A stretch of DNA of 64,000 nt from an uncultured Gemmatimonadaceae bacterium (GCA_963843845.1 CAWJMB010000001.1:32001-96000), one strand, 5' to 3'. Shown: positions 1 through 10,399, counted from the stretch's first letter. Notes: a model not told the origin generated them from the sequence alone. Made by a program: numbers and translations.

Positions 1-681
1 CGTCAACTCCTCGACGGCGATCTGCGACGCGTAGTGCAGGGCGAGGCGTCGCTTCGTGGCGCCGTCGTCGGGCGTCGTGAGCGTGATCGGGTCGAGCCGC
101 GTGCCGAGCGCGCGCGCGAGTGCGCGTGCCGCGTGCGCCGTCTCGGTCGCGGCGACGCGCGTGGCGTACGGCAGCTCTTCGTAGAACGCGAGGCGACCGA
201 TCGGCGTCGCGAGGACGGCCGCGCGGTGCGCGATCCAGTGATCGACGTGCGCGCCCGGCGCCGCGAGCGGAGCGAGCACGACCGACGTGCCTGACGCCGA
301 TCCTGCCGCGTTCCCGTGCGCGAGGGCGACGCCCAGCGACTCGCCCAGGCTCGCCGCCTCCCGCTCCGCCGCCGAGTCGCGCAATCGTGCCTCACACACC
401 TCGTGCAGCGCCACGCCGAGTCGCAGCGGCGCGTCGAGCAGTCCGAGGTCGACGACGTCCGTCACGCCGAGCGCGGTGAGCGCGGCGCGGTCCTCCGCGG
501 CGCGGATCGCGGAGACGGCGCGCGCGTCGCCGGCCGCGCGGTACGGGGCATGCTCGGAGCGGGTGAAGCAATTCACGACGCGCACACCGACGCCGCGCGC
601 GACCAGCCGCCGCACGCATTCGGCGAGCGAGAACGCGGCGTCGTCCTGATGAGGAGAGACGAGAGTGACGGATGTGAGCAC
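1..681 (-). CDS. PIG-L/LmbE family deacetylase (3' end runs off window)
   Basis: Manual translation, absent from the ORF track: VLTSVTLVSPHQDDAAFSL...IRAAEDRAA...HVDH...FYEELPY...YASQ; HxDD and HxDH metal motifs. Confidence 0.85.
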   Translation of the reverse strand, partial: MLTSVTLVSPHQDDAAFSLAECVRRLVARGVGVRVVNCFTRSEHAPYRAAGDARAVSAIRAAEDRAALTALGVTDVVDLGLLDAPLRLGVALHEVCEARLRDSAAEREAASLGESLGVALAHGNAAGSASGTSVVLAPLAAPGAHVDHWIAHRAAVLATPIGRLAFYEELPYATRVAATETAHAARALARALGTRLDPITLTTPDDGATKRRLALHYASQIAVEELT

Positions 682-1830
682 GTTGCAGGCAAGCTACGCG
701 AGCGCACGCGCGGTACCCCCGGCCGACGCGCCGTACCCCGCGGCGCACATCGCCGCGCTGCGCGACGCCGGTTCGCTCGCGGCGCCGCTGCCGGCATCGT
801 GCGGCGGCGCCGGGCTCGGACTCGCGCCCGGCACGACGCACGCGCTGCTGCGCCTGCTCGCGTCGGTCGGGCACACCGATCTCAGCACGGGGCGGCTCTA
901 CGAGGGGCACGTCGACGCGCTGCTGACGATCGCGCGCTACGGCACGCCGGCCCAGCTCTCGCGCGTCGCGCGCCGCGTCCGCACCGGCGCGCTGCTCGGC
1001 GTGTGGAACACGGGGCCCGAGGCGGGGGCGTGCAGATCACGCCGCGGGACGGCGGCGTCCGGCTGCGCGGACGCAAGACGTTCGCGTCGGGCGCCGGCCA
1101 CACGTGGGGCGCGGTCGTCACCGGCGCCCTGCCGGACGGGGCGTGGCAGATGTGCGTCGTGCCGATGCGGGCCGTGCTGCGCGCCGGCGCCGCCGCGGTC
1201 GACACGAGCCTCTGGCACCCGCTCGGCATGCACGCCTCCGCGAGCTACGCCGTCGACTTCCACGACGCGTGCCTTCCCGCGTGGTGTGTGCTGGGCGCGC
1301 CCGGCGACTACTACCGGCAGCCGCGCTTCACCGGCGGCGCGATCCGATTCGCCGCCGTGCAGCTCGGCGGCGCGACGCGGCTGGTCGACGAGCTGTGCAC
1401 GTTCCTCCGTGCGACCGGGCGGGGCGACGACCCTCACCAGCTCGCGCGCGTCGGCGAGGCGACGACGCTGCTCGCGTCGAGTGCCGCGCTGCTTCGCGAC
1501 GCCGCCGCTGCCGCGGAGCGATACGCCGCGGCGGCGCGGCCGGCACCGGCCGATCGAGGCGCGGAGCACGCGGACGACGTCTCGGCCGTGCTCGCCTACG
1601 CGAACGCCGCGCGCACCGCCGTCGCCGAATGCTGCGTGCGGGTGTGCGAGCTCGTGCAGCGGAGCGTCGGCGCGCGCGGGCTGCTCGAGCCGCAGCCGTT
1701 CGCGCCGATCGTGCGCGACCTGCTGATGTACCTGCGCCAGCCCGCCCCCGACGCCGCGCTCGCCGACGTCGGCCGCTTCGCGTTAGGCGGTTCGTCGTCG
1801 GTCGCGACGCGGCTGTGGGATTCGCCGTGA
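665..1830 (+). CDS. Acyl-CoA dehydrogenase-like flavoprotein (frameshift near 1021-1030, G run)
   Basis: ORF 665 N-part (DLSTGRLYEGHVDAL, LLGVWN) joins ORF 316 C-part (GRKTFASGA, WHPLGMHASAS, GARGLL, RDLLMYLRQP). Confidence 0.85.
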
Positions 1831-2411
1831 GCGACACCCCCGCCGAGTCGCTCTCCCCGGCGTACTTCGACGACGTGTACGCGGCGCACGAGGATCCGTG
1901 GCACTTCGCGACGAGCGCCTACGAGGCCGCGAAGTACCGGGCGACGCTCGATGCGCTACCGCGCCCGCGCTACCGCTCGGCGTTCGAGATCGGCTGCTCG
2001 ATCGGCGTGCTCACCCGGCAGCTCGCGGCGCGGTGCGACACCCTGCTCGCCGTCGACGTCGCCGAGCGCGCGCTGGCGCGGGCCCGCGAACGCACGCGCG
2101 AGCTGCCGAACGTTTCGGTCGCGCGGCTTCGCGTTCCGGACGAGGACCCCGGCGGACGCTACGACCTCGTGCTCGTCTCCGAGGTCGGCTACTACTGGTC
2201 ACCGACCGATCTCGGTCGCGCGCTCACGCTGATCGCCGCGCGGCTCGACCCGGGCGGACACCTCGTGCTCGTGCACTGGACACCGGTCGTCGCCGACTAT
2301 CCGCTCACCGGCGACGCCGTTCACGAGATCGCGCTCGCGCGACCCGAGTTCGTTCACGTCGCCGGCTCGAGAGCGGAGCGGTACCGGCTCGACGTGGTGG
2401 CCCGGCGCTGA
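1827..2411 (+). CDS. NodS-like SAM-dependent methyltransferase
   Basis: YFDDVY..DPWHF..SAYEAAKY, EIGCSIG SAM motif, DLVLVSEVGYY; GTGA overlap with upstream gene. Confidence 0.9.
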   Translation: MSDTPAESLSPAYFDDVYAAHEDPWHFATSAYEAAKYRATLDALPRPRYRSAFEIGCSIGVLTRQLAARCDTLLAVDVAERALARARERTRELPNVSVARLRVPDEDPGGRYDLVLVSEVGYYWSPTDLGRALTLIAARLDPGGHLVLVHWTPVVADYPLTGDAVHEIALARPEFVHVAGSRAERYRLDVVARR

Positions 2412-3601
2412 GGGCGCGCCTTCCAGTCGCTCACGCGGATCCGCAGCGCCTCGACCGCCGCGCGCACGTCCTCGAACCGCGCCCCGTGGCGCGCCTCGTT
2501 CCAGCCCCGGACGAACCGCTGCCGCAGCTCGCTCCGCGCGATGCACGCGTCGACGCTCGGCGCGGCGAGCATCGTCTCGCGCAGCGACGACGACGTCAGG
2601 CGGAGCCGCGCGGCGAGGCGCGCGACCTGCTCGCCGCCCACCCACGCGCCCGCCCCGCGGTCGAGCCGCGTGTGGAGGCGGCGCAGCCGACGTCTCGTGA
2701 GCGCCCACCGCTCCAGGAACGCCGCCGACTCGACCGGCCACGCCCGCCGCGCGCGCCCGACGTCGACCCACTCCGCGAGCTGCGTCGCGAGCCCGACGTG
2801 CGCGCGCCCCCGGCACCGCGTCGACGTGCGCACCCGGACGTGCGGGCTGTGACGCACGCGCAGCCCCGCGCGCAGCGCGCGCTCGTAGAAGCGCACGTCC
2901 TCGAGCGCCTCGACCGCCTCGAGCCCGCCGACGCGCGCGTACGCGTCCGCCGTGACGGCGAGACTCGCGCCGAAGTGCTGGTGGTGCCGCGGCCACGGGT
3001 CGTGCGGGTCGGGATCGATCAGGGCATCGAGCGCCGCGGCGAGGTGGTGGTAGCCCGCGTCGTACAGGTAGAGCTCGCGCGCCGCGGCGGGGAGACGATC
3101 GAGCGACGCGGCGACGATCCGCCCGCCGACGACGTCCGCCCCCCTCGCGATCTCGCGCCGGGTCGCGGCGATCCAGTCGGGCGCGACGACCGAGTCGGCG
3201 TCGGTCGTCGCGATCACCCGCCGCGCGGCGTGCGATGCGGCGAGCCGGTGCCACGCGGCGTCCATCGCCAGCTGCCGCGCGCGTCCGCTGTGCGCCTCGT
3301 GCGACGCGAGCGCGACCTCGACGACCTGCACGCGCAGACTCGGCATCGCACGCGCCGCCTCCCGGGCGATCGCCGCCGTCGCGTCGGCGCAGTTGTTCGC
3401 GACGACGAGCACCTCGTAGCGTCGTGGGTCGAGCGCACGTCCGCGCCGGTCGCGCTGCGCGGCGAGCGCGGCGAGCGTCGCGCCGATCGTGGCCGCCTCG
3501 TCACGCGCCGGAACGGCGACCACGGTCGCGCACCGCGCGTCGACTGGCGCGGGTGCGAGTGGCGAACGCACTCGCACCTCGTCGATTCTCTCGCTCGCCA
3601 T
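2354..3601 (-). CDS. Glycosyltransferase family 2
   Basis: VVAVPARDEA, VVANNCADAT, TTDADS (DxD), GASLAV, ED motif; start may instead be 3628. Confidence 0.88.
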   Translation of the reverse strand: MASERIDEVRVRSPLAPAPVDARCATVVAVPARDEAATIGATLAALAAQRDRRGRALDPRRYEVLVVANNCADATAAIAREAARAMPSLRVQVVEVALASHEAHSGRARQLAMDAAWHRLAASHAARRVIATTDADSVVAPDWIAATRREIARGADVVGGRIVAASLDRLPAAARELYLYDAGYHHLAAALDALIDPDPHDPWPRHHQHFGASLAVTADAYARVGGLEAVEALEDVRFYERALRAGLRVRHSPHVRVRTSTRCRGRAHVGLATQLAEWVDVGRARRAWPVESAAFLERWALTRRRLRRLHTRLDRGAGAWVGGEQVARLAARLRLTSSSLRETMLAAPSVDACIARSELRQRFVRGWNEARHGARFEDVRAAVEALRIRVSDWKARPQRRATTSSRYRSALEPAT

Positions 3602-3686
3602 CACACTCCGGACCGGGTCGTGGGCCATCCCGCCCCGCCGTATACGAATCAGTCGTGCCAGCGCGCCCGCGCGCGCCGAAAACGGC

Positions 3687-4655
3687 CTACTCCGATGGCG
3701 CCGGCCCTTCGTCGGCGTCGGCCGCGAGATGGGCGACGAGCCCCGTCACCCCGTGGTGCCCGGCATTGCGCCCCGCCGCCACGTTCGCCGCGCGCAGCGC
3801 GTCGGGCAGTGCCGCCCCTGCGAGCAGCCGCGCGAACGCCGTCGCGCCCCACACGTCGCCGCACCCCGTCGGGTCGACGTCGGCGCCGCGCCGCACCGTC
3901 GCCGGCGGCACCACGACGCCGTGTGGCGCCGAGTCGGCATCGGCGGCGGCGTGATAGACGGCGCCGCGCGGGCCCAGGGTCACCATCGTGCAGCGGACCC
4001 CGGCGTCGTGCGCCAGCGCCGCCAGCGCGTCGAGCGACGGAGCGAGCATCGCCATCTCCGCCTCGTTCACCTGGATGTAGTCGAAGCAGCGGCACCACTC
4101 GCGCGCGTGGTCGAGCGGACGGAGGTGGCGCAGGCCGGACGGCTGCACGGCCCACAGCAACATGTGCAGGTCGCCGTAGATCGGCCCGCGGAACCGCGCG
4201 CGGATCCGCTCCGCCACGTGCAGGTCGATCTCCCACCCGCCGAGGAAGTTCACGTATAGCGCGTCGAGCCGCGCGGCGTCGAGTCGCGGCGCGAGCTCCT
4301 CCCACGTCCACCCCGGCACGCCGCCGCTCATGCACTCGCTGCGGTGCTCGTCGTCGTGGTAGCGCAGCTCGGAGCGATTGTTCGGCTCGGGCACCTCGAC
4401 GAGCGCGGCGTCCGGGGCGACGTGGCGCAGACCCGCGACGAACGTGCGGGCCTGCGCCGCGACGTCGTGTCCGACCTTCACGAGCGGCACGATCTCCCAG
4501 TCGTCGCCCAACGCGGCGTCGAGCCCGCTCAGCGCGTAGGCGAGGCCACCCCATCCTTCGACGCGCGCACGCTTCGGCGGGACGCCGTGGATGACGTCCC
4601 AGACGAGCGTGCCGATGACGCCGATGCGGCGGCGGATGCGTTCGGGCGCGAGCAT
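3687..4655 (-). CDS. PfkB family carbohydrate kinase
   Basis: N-terminal GVIGTLVWD, QVNEAE, VTLGPRGA, DPTGCGD signature. Confidence 0.88.
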   Translation of the reverse strand: MLAPERIRRRIGVIGTLVWDVIHGVPPKRARVEGWGGLAYALSGLDAALGDDWEIVPLVKVGHDVAAQARTFVAGLRHVAPDAALVEVPEPNNRSELRYHDDEHRSECMSGGVPGWTWEELAPRLDAARLDALYVNFLGGWEIDLHVAERIRARFRGPIYGDLHMLLWAVQPSGLRHLRPLDHAREWCRCFDYIQVNEAEMAMLAPSLDALAALAHDAGVRCTMVTLGPRGAVYHAAADADSAPHGVVVPPATVRRGADVDPTGCGDVWGATAFARLLAGAALPDALRAANVAAGRNAGHHGVTGLVAHLAADADEGPAPSE

Positions 4656-4780
4656 CGCGTGAAGGTAACCGTCCGCTCCGGGCGGTCTCTCGCGCCGTCC
4701 GCCCGGCCGTCGCGACGCCGAGCGGCCGGCCGCGACGGACGCTTCCGTGCCGAACGCGCTGCGAGGGGGAGAGAGGGTGG

Positions 4781-5326
4781 CTAGCGCGGAACGACCTCGA
4801 CGACGAGCTCGATCTCGACCGGGATGTCGAGCGGCAGCTCGTTCGCCGAGACGGCGGTGCGCGCATGGCGGCCGGCCTCGCCGAAGATCTCGACGAGCAG
4901 GTCCGAGGCGCCGTTGATGACCCACGGCTGCCGCGTGAACCCCGGCGCGCTGTTCACCCAGCCGGTGAGCTTCACGATCCGCCGGACGCGGTCGAGCGAC
5001 CCGATCTCCGCGCGGAGCGCGGCGAGCGCGTTGAGGACCGTCGCGCGCGCCGCCTGGTAGCCGGCCGCCTCGGACACCGCGCCGCCGACCTTTCCGGTGA
5101 TCGTCGGCTGCCCGTTCACCATCGGGCCCTGTCCGGCGAGGAAGACGAGGTTGCCGGTGCGCACCGCGGGGACGTAGTTGGCGAGGGCGCGCGGCGCGGG
5201 CGGCAGCTCCAGGCCGGCGGATCTGAGCCGCTCCTCGGGGGTCGCGGCGGCCTGCCCACGCGAGACGGCGGGGGCGATGGCGAGCGCCGCGCACAGGAGT
5301 GCGCCTGCGGATCGACGCGTGCTCAC
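4781..5326 (-). CDS. RidA/YjgF family protein with N-terminal signal peptide
   Basis: ANYVPAVRTGNLVFLAGQGP, VINGASDLLVEIFGEAGRHARTAV, LPLDIPVEIE. Confidence 0.9.
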   Translation of the reverse strand: MSTRRSAGALLCAALAIAPAVSRGQAAATPEERLRSAGLELPPAPRALANYVPAVRTGNLVFLAGQGPMVNGQPTITGKVGGAVSEAAGYQAARATVLNALAALRAEIGSLDRVRRIVKLTGWVNSAPGFTRQPWVINGASDLLVEIFGEAGRHARTAVSANELPLDIPVEIELVVEVVPR

Positions 5327-6273
5327 GGCGCCACCGGCTGCGCCTTCGTGACCAGCTCGATCGTCACGGGCTGCTCGGCGCGCACCGTCTCGTCGTGCAG
5401 GAGCCGGTAGACGGAGTGCATCGCGGCGCGCCCCATCTGCGCCGGCGATTGCGCGATCGTCGCGGTCATGCGCCCCGCCTGGATCGCCGCCCGCGCGTCG
5501 TCCTGCGCGTCGAAGCCGACGACGACGATGCGGCCGGTCTTCCCTGCCGCCGCGATCGCCTCGACGGCGCCCAACGCCATGACGTCGTTGCAGGCGAACA
5601 CCGCCTGCACGTCGGGGTGCGACTGCAGCGTGTTCTGCATGACCGTGAACCCGAGGTCGCGCTCCCAGTTCGCCGGCTGCGAGCTGACGACGCGCACGTC
5701 CGGATGGGCGCCCAACGCGTCCCGGAAGCCGCGCAGCCGCGCGTCCCCCGATTCGTGGCCGGGGATGCCTTCGATGACCGCGACGGTCCCTCTGCCGCCC
5801 AGCTGCTCGGCGATGAACCTGCCGGCGATGCGGCCGCCGTCCGCGTTGTCGGAGCCGATGAACGTCGCGACCCGGCCGCCCGCCTGGCGCAGCGCCGCCG
5901 TGTCGACGCGGGTGTCGACGATCGCCACCGGGATCCCCGCCTGATTCGCCTTCACGATCGCCGGCACGATCTCGCGCGACCCGCTCGGCACGAGGGCGAT
6001 CGCGGCGACGCGGCGCTGGATCAGATTCTCGACGATCCGCATCTGCGCCTCGACGTCGATCTCGCGCTCGGGCGCCTGCACGACCAGCTCCAATCCGAGG
6101 CTGTCGGCGGCGGCGCGCGCGCCCCGCTCCATGTCGATGAAGAACGGGTTGTTCATCGTCTTCGGCACGAGCGCCACCGTCGGCCTCGCGCCGGCCGCGC
6201 CCTCACCCGCTCCGCCACGATTGCAGGCGGCGACGAACGCCACCGCCGCGAGCCCGAGCCACGTCCGAGTCAT
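5323..6273 (-). CDS. Sugar ABC transporter substrate-binding lipoprotein (RbsB-like)
   Basis: Lipobox FVAAC, NNPFF, GSDNADGGR, ACNDVMALGA, VVGFDA. Confidence 0.9.
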   Translation of the reverse strand: MTRTWLGLAAVAFVAACNRGGAGEGAAGARPTVALVPKTMNNPFFIDMERGARAAADSLGLELVVQAPEREIDVEAQMRIVENLIQRRVAAIALVPSGSREIVPAIVKANQAGIPVAIVDTRVDTAALRQAGGRVATFIGSDNADGGRIAGRFIAEQLGGRGTVAVIEGIPGHESGDARLRGFRDALGAHPDVRVVSSQPANWERDLGFTVMQNTLQSHPDVQAVFACNDVMALGAVEAIAAAGKTGRIVVVGFDAQDDARAAIQAGRMTATIAQSPAQMGRAAMHSVYRLLHDETVRAEQPVTIELVTKAQPVAP

Positions 6274-6275
6274 CT

Positions 6276-7263
6276 TCACCGCTCCGTAGGAAGGCGCGCC
6301 CGTCGGCGCAGCGCCATGTCGACGAGGACCGCCGCGACGATCACCGTGCCGATCGCGATCTGCTGCACGTACGACGAGACGCCGAGCAAGTTCAACCCGT
6401 TGCGCAGCACGCTCATGATGAGCGCGCCGATGAGCGTGCCGAGCACCGAGCCCGCGCCGCCCACCAGGCGACGCGCCGCCGATGACGACCGCGGCGATCG
6501 CGTCGAGCTCGTAGCCGATCCCGGCGATCGGCTGTGCGGAGTTCAGGCGCGCGATGAGCAGCAGCGACGTCACGGCGCTGAGCAGGCCGCTGACGCCGTA
6601 GACCGCGGCCTTGTAGCCGCGAACGTTCACGCCGGAGAGCGCCGTCGCCTCCTCGTTGCCGCCGATCGCGTACGTGTAGCGCCCCGGCGTCGTGCGCACG
6701 AGCACGAACGGCGCGACCGCGTAGAGCGCGAGCATGAGCAGCACGGGCACCGGCAGCCCCGCGACGTGCCCGGTCGCGAGCGTCCGGAACGACGCCGGGA
6801 ACGGCGAGATCGGCCGGCCGTCGGCGAGCACGAGCGCCGCACCGCGCGCGACGCTCATCATGCCTAGCGTCGCGATGAACGGCGGCAGCCGCCCGATCGT
6901 GACGAGCGCGCCGTTCACGAGCCCGCACAGCGCGCCGACCGAGAGGCAGCCGACGACGCCGAGCGCGACCGGCACCCCGGCCCGCACGCCGAGTCCCATG
7001 ACGATCCCGGCGAGCGCGACGATCGAGCCGACGGAGAGATCGATGCCGCCGGTGAGGATCACGAACGTCATCCCGATCGCGAGCACACCGATGATCGCGC
7101 TCTGCTCGACGACGTTGACGAGATTCGAGACGGTCGCGAAGTAGGGCGTCGCCGCCCACAGCGCGACGCACAGCACGAGCAGCCCGGCGAGCGTGCCGAC
7201 CTCGCGCGACCGCGTCACGGTCGCGATGCGCGCCACGCGCGTCGTGCGCGTCGTGCGCGTCAT
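6276..7263 (-). CDS. Sugar ABC transporter permease (RbsC-like; frameshift near 6465-6475)
   Basis: GMTFVILTGGIDLSVGS, PPFIATLGMM, YAIGGNEEA, YELDAIAAVVIGG, then GSVLGTLIG in ORF 6276..6464. Confidence 0.9.
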
Positions 7264-7270
7264 GCGCGGC

Positions 7271-8800
7271 TCACCCGCCCACCGCCGCGGCGAGGAGCCG
7301 CTCCTGCGTCATGCCCCCCCCCGCCCGCGCGAACTCGCTCACGACGCGGCCGCCGCGCATCACGAGGGCGCGGTCCGCCAGCCCCACGATCTCCGGCAGC
7401 TCCGACGAGATCAGCACGATGCCGACGCCGCGTGAGACGAGCTGCGCGATCAGCGTGTAGATCTCCTGCTTCGCCCCCACGTCGACGCCGCGCGTCGGCT
7501 CGTCGAGGATCAGGACGTCGACGTCGCACGCGAGCCACTTCGCGAGCACGACCTTCTGCTGATTCCCGCCGCTCAGCTGCAGCACGCGCCGCTCGGCCGA
7601 CGGCGTCCGGATGCGCAGGTCGCGCACGAAGCGCTCGGCCGTCTCGCGCTCGGCGCGGCGGCGCACGACGCCGAAGCGACTCAGTCGGCGCAGCACCGGG
7701 AGCGCGACGTTGTCGCGGATCGAGCGGCCGAGCACGAGCCCCTGCCCCGTACGGTCCTCGGTGACGAAGCCGATCCCGGCGCGGATCGCCGCGCGCGGCC
7801 CGCGAATGCGCTGCACGCGGCCACGCACGGAGATCGTTCCGCTGTCGAGCGCATCGAGCCCGAACACGGCGCGCGCGACTTCGGTGCGCCCGGCACCCAT
7901 CAGCCCCGCGAGGCCGACGATCTCGCCGGCGTGCACGGTGAAGCTCACGTCGTCGAGCGCGCCGCGGCGCGTCAGGCGCTCGACGCGCAGCAGCTCCGCG
8001 CTCCGACCGGGGCCGCACGCCACCGTCGCCTTCGGCATCTCCGCTTCCAGCGTGCGGTTCGCCATCGCGCGGACGAGGGCATCGCGATCGACGTGACGGA
8101 TCTCGTGCGTCGCGACGTGGCGCCCGTCGCGCAGCACCGTGACACGGTCGCCGATCTCGAAGATCTCGTCGAGGCGGTGCGAGATGTAGACGACCGCGAC
8201 GCCCTCGGCCGTGAGGCCGCGGATCGCGCCGAAGAGCGCGCGCGTCTCGCGGTCGCTGAGCGCCGACGTCGGCTCGTCCATGACGAGGATGCGCGCGTGC
8301 AGCGACAGCGCTCGCGCGATCTCGACGAGCTGCCGTTGCGCGATGCCGAGCGCGCTCACCGGCGTGCTCGCGGCGAACGACGCGCCGACGCGGTCCAGGA
8401 GCGCCTGCGCGCGCGTCGTCATCGTGGCGCGGTCGACGAGCGTCGGCAGCGTCGTCGGCTCGCGTCCGAGGAAGACGTTCTCGGCCGCCGTCAGCGACGG
8501 CACGAGAGTGAGCTCCTGGTAGATGATGCCGACGCCGAGCGCGCGCGCGTGGCGCGGCCCGGCGATCTCCACCTCGCGCGGCTGGCCGGCGCCGACCGAC
8601 GCGTCGATCCAGATGCGGCCGGCGTCCTTGCGGTGCGCCCCGCTCAGGATCTTCACGAGGGTCGACTTGCCGGCACCGTTCTCCCCCAGGAGCACGTGGA
8701 CCTCGCCCTTGCGCACCTCGAGGTCCACGCCGCCCAGCGCGAGCACGCCGGGGAACGCCTTGCGGATCCCGTGCATCCGCAGCGCGACGCCGTCGGTCAC
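7271..8800 (-). CDS. Sugar ABC transporter ATP-binding protein (RbsA-like)
   Basis: GENGAGKS, MDEPTSAL, GLMGAGRTE, LSGGNQQKV, LDEPTRGVDVGAK. Confidence 0.93.
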   Translation of the reverse strand: MTDGVALRMHGIRKAFPGVLALGGVDLEVRKGEVHVLLGENGAGKSTLVKILSGAHRKDAGRIWIDASVGAGQPREVEIAGPRHARALGVGIIYQELTLVPSLTAAENVFLGREPTTLPTLVDRATMTTRAQALLDRVGASFAASTPVSALGIAQRQLVEIARALSLHARILVMDEPTSALSDRETRALFGAIRGLTAEGVAVVYISHRLDEIFEIGDRVTVLRDGRHVATHEIRHVDRDALVRAMANRTLEAEMPKATVACGPGRSAELLRVERLTRRGALDDVSFTVHAGEIVGLAGLMGAGRTEVARAVFGLDALDSGTISVRGRVQRIRGPRAAIRAGIGFVTEDRTGQGLVLGRSIRDNVALPVLRRLSRFGVVRRRAERETAERFVRDLRIRTPSAERRVLQLSGGNQQKVVLAKWLACDVDVLILDEPTRGVDVGAKQEIYTLIAQLVSRGVGIVLISSELPEIVGLADRALVMRGGRVVSEFARAGGGMTQERLLAAAVGG

Positions 8801-9197
8801 GGCGCGCGATCCAGGTTCCCGAGTCGTCGGTACGGGTGTCAGGAGCGGCTTCGAGCGGCGGTTCCCGTCGGCACGAGCGGCGGGACCGCGGCCGTGACGG
8901 GGCACACGACGGCGAGCGCGGTCGTCCACAGGAGCGGGGACGCACCGATGGGGAACGAGCGGGCCGGGAAGGAGGCGGCGGCGCGGGGAGCCGAGGCGCG
9001 GGGAGCGATCGACGATGTGATCGACGTCATCGTGTGCGGACTGTGGTGTGGCGACGCCGCACGCGGCGCCGTGAGGCGCGACGCATCGCCGTCTCCAACA
9101 ATGGTCGACGCGCGGACCGACCGCCACGCGCATCGCCGGCCGCGCCCGCGCCGGCGGGCGAGAACGGAACGCCGCCGCGCTGGCCGGTCGCCGTGTG

Positions 9198-9761
9198 CTA
9201 CGGTGTCTTGAGTGGCACCGCCAGTCCGGCCACCATCAGCGTGACGTCGTTCGCCGCCGCCGCGACGAGCTGGTTCGCCCGGCCGAGCGCGTCGCGATAG
9301 CGCCGGCCGAGCGGCGTCGGCGGCACGACCCCGAGGCCGACCTCGTTGCTGACGACGATCCAGTGAGTGCCGAGCGACTGCGACATCCGCCAGACCACGA
9401 GGAGCTCGCGCACGCGATCGGCGATCCGCGCCTCGGCGTCATCGTCGTCGTCCAGGGCGAGCAGCAGATTGCTCACCCACAGCGTCAGGCAGTCGATGAC
9501 GATCGCGCGGTAGGGCGCGCCCGCGACGACCGCGCGCGTGATCGCGGCCGCGACGTCCTCGGCGAGTGTCGACGGGGCTTCCAGCGTATCCCAGCTCGGC
9601 GGACGCTCGGCGCGGTGCGCGGCGATGCGGCGCGCCATGTCGTCGTCGAACGCCTGCGCGGTCGCGACGAAGAGCACGCGGCCGGACGACGCGGCGGCGA
9701 CCGCGACGGCGCGCGCGCTCTTGCCGGAGCGTACGCCGCCGAGCAGCACGGTGAGCGACAT
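9198..9761 (-). CDS. cobU: Adenosylcobinamide kinase / adenosylcobinamide-phosphate guanylyltransferase
   Basis: GGVRSGKS, RIAAHRAERP, IDCLTLWVSN, SNEVGLGVVP, YRDALGRANQ. Confidence 0.95.
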   Translation of the reverse strand: MSLTVLLGGVRSGKSARAVAVAAASSGRVLFVATAQAFDDDMARRIAAHRAERPPSWDTLEAPSTLAEDVAAAITRAVVAGAPYRAIVIDCLTLWVSNLLLALDDDDDAEARIADRVRELLVVWRMSQSLGTHWIVVSNEVGLGVVPPTPLGRRYRDALGRANQLVAAAANDVTLMVAGLAVPLKTP

Positions 9762-10399
9762 CAGACGACCTCCGAGTTCAGGTAGAGCAGTTCGGCGGCA
9801 GCGCACCCGGTCGCGAGCACGTCGCCCGTGAGGTGCAGCGCGGAGACTCGCGCGTGGTCGATGCGGAGGCGGAACGACGTCGCGCGCGAGACGCCGAGCG
9901 CGTGGACGAGCAGCGCGCGGATGCTCCCCGCGTGGGCGACGACGGCGAGCCGCTCGACACGCTCCGCGCGCGCGCGGCCGACCGTCTCCGCGAGCCACGC
10001 CGCAGCGCGCGCGATGACGTCGGCGAAGCGCTCGCCGCCAGGCGCCGGCGCGTGCTCCCAGTCGGCCATCCACGCGTCGAGCGCGGGGCCGTCGTCGCGC
10101 TCGAGCTCCGACCACGGGCGACCGTCCCAGCGACCGAACGCCATCTCGCGCAGCCGGGCGTCGTGCGCGACGTCGCCGGTGCCGAACGCCGCGGCGAGCG
10201 CGGCGGCCGAGTCTGCCGCGCGCGTGAGGTCGCTCGAGACGACGCGGTCAGGATGCGGCGCGCGCCATCGCGTGCCCAACGCCGCGATGGCCGCGCGCCC
10301 TTCGATCGACAGCGCGAGATCGCACTGTCCCACGCAGCGGCCGGCCGCGCCCTCGGCGAGTCCGTGGCGCACGAGGTAGAGGGTGACGGGTCTGGTCAT
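9761..10399 (-). CDS. cobC: Histidine phosphatase, alpha-ribazole phosphatase-like
   Basis: LYLVRHG, SSDLTRA, LREMAFGRWDG, VAHAGSIR; lies between cobS and cobU. Confidence 0.8.
   Translation of the reverse strand: MTRPVTLYLVRHGLAEGAAGRCVGQCDLALSIEGRAAIAALGTRWRAPHPDRVVSSDLTRAADSAAALAAAFGTGDVAHDARLREMAFGRWDGRPWSELERDDGPALDAWMADWEHAPAPGGERFADVIARAAAWLAETVGRARAERVERLAVVAHAGSIRALLVHALGVSRATSFRLRIDHARVSALHLTGDVLATGCAAAELLYLNSEVV

Noticed and set aside
5323..7263. Apparent permease/binding-protein fusion (646 aa)
   Set aside because: Created by a frameshift near 6470; the binding protein has its own ATG and lipobox.
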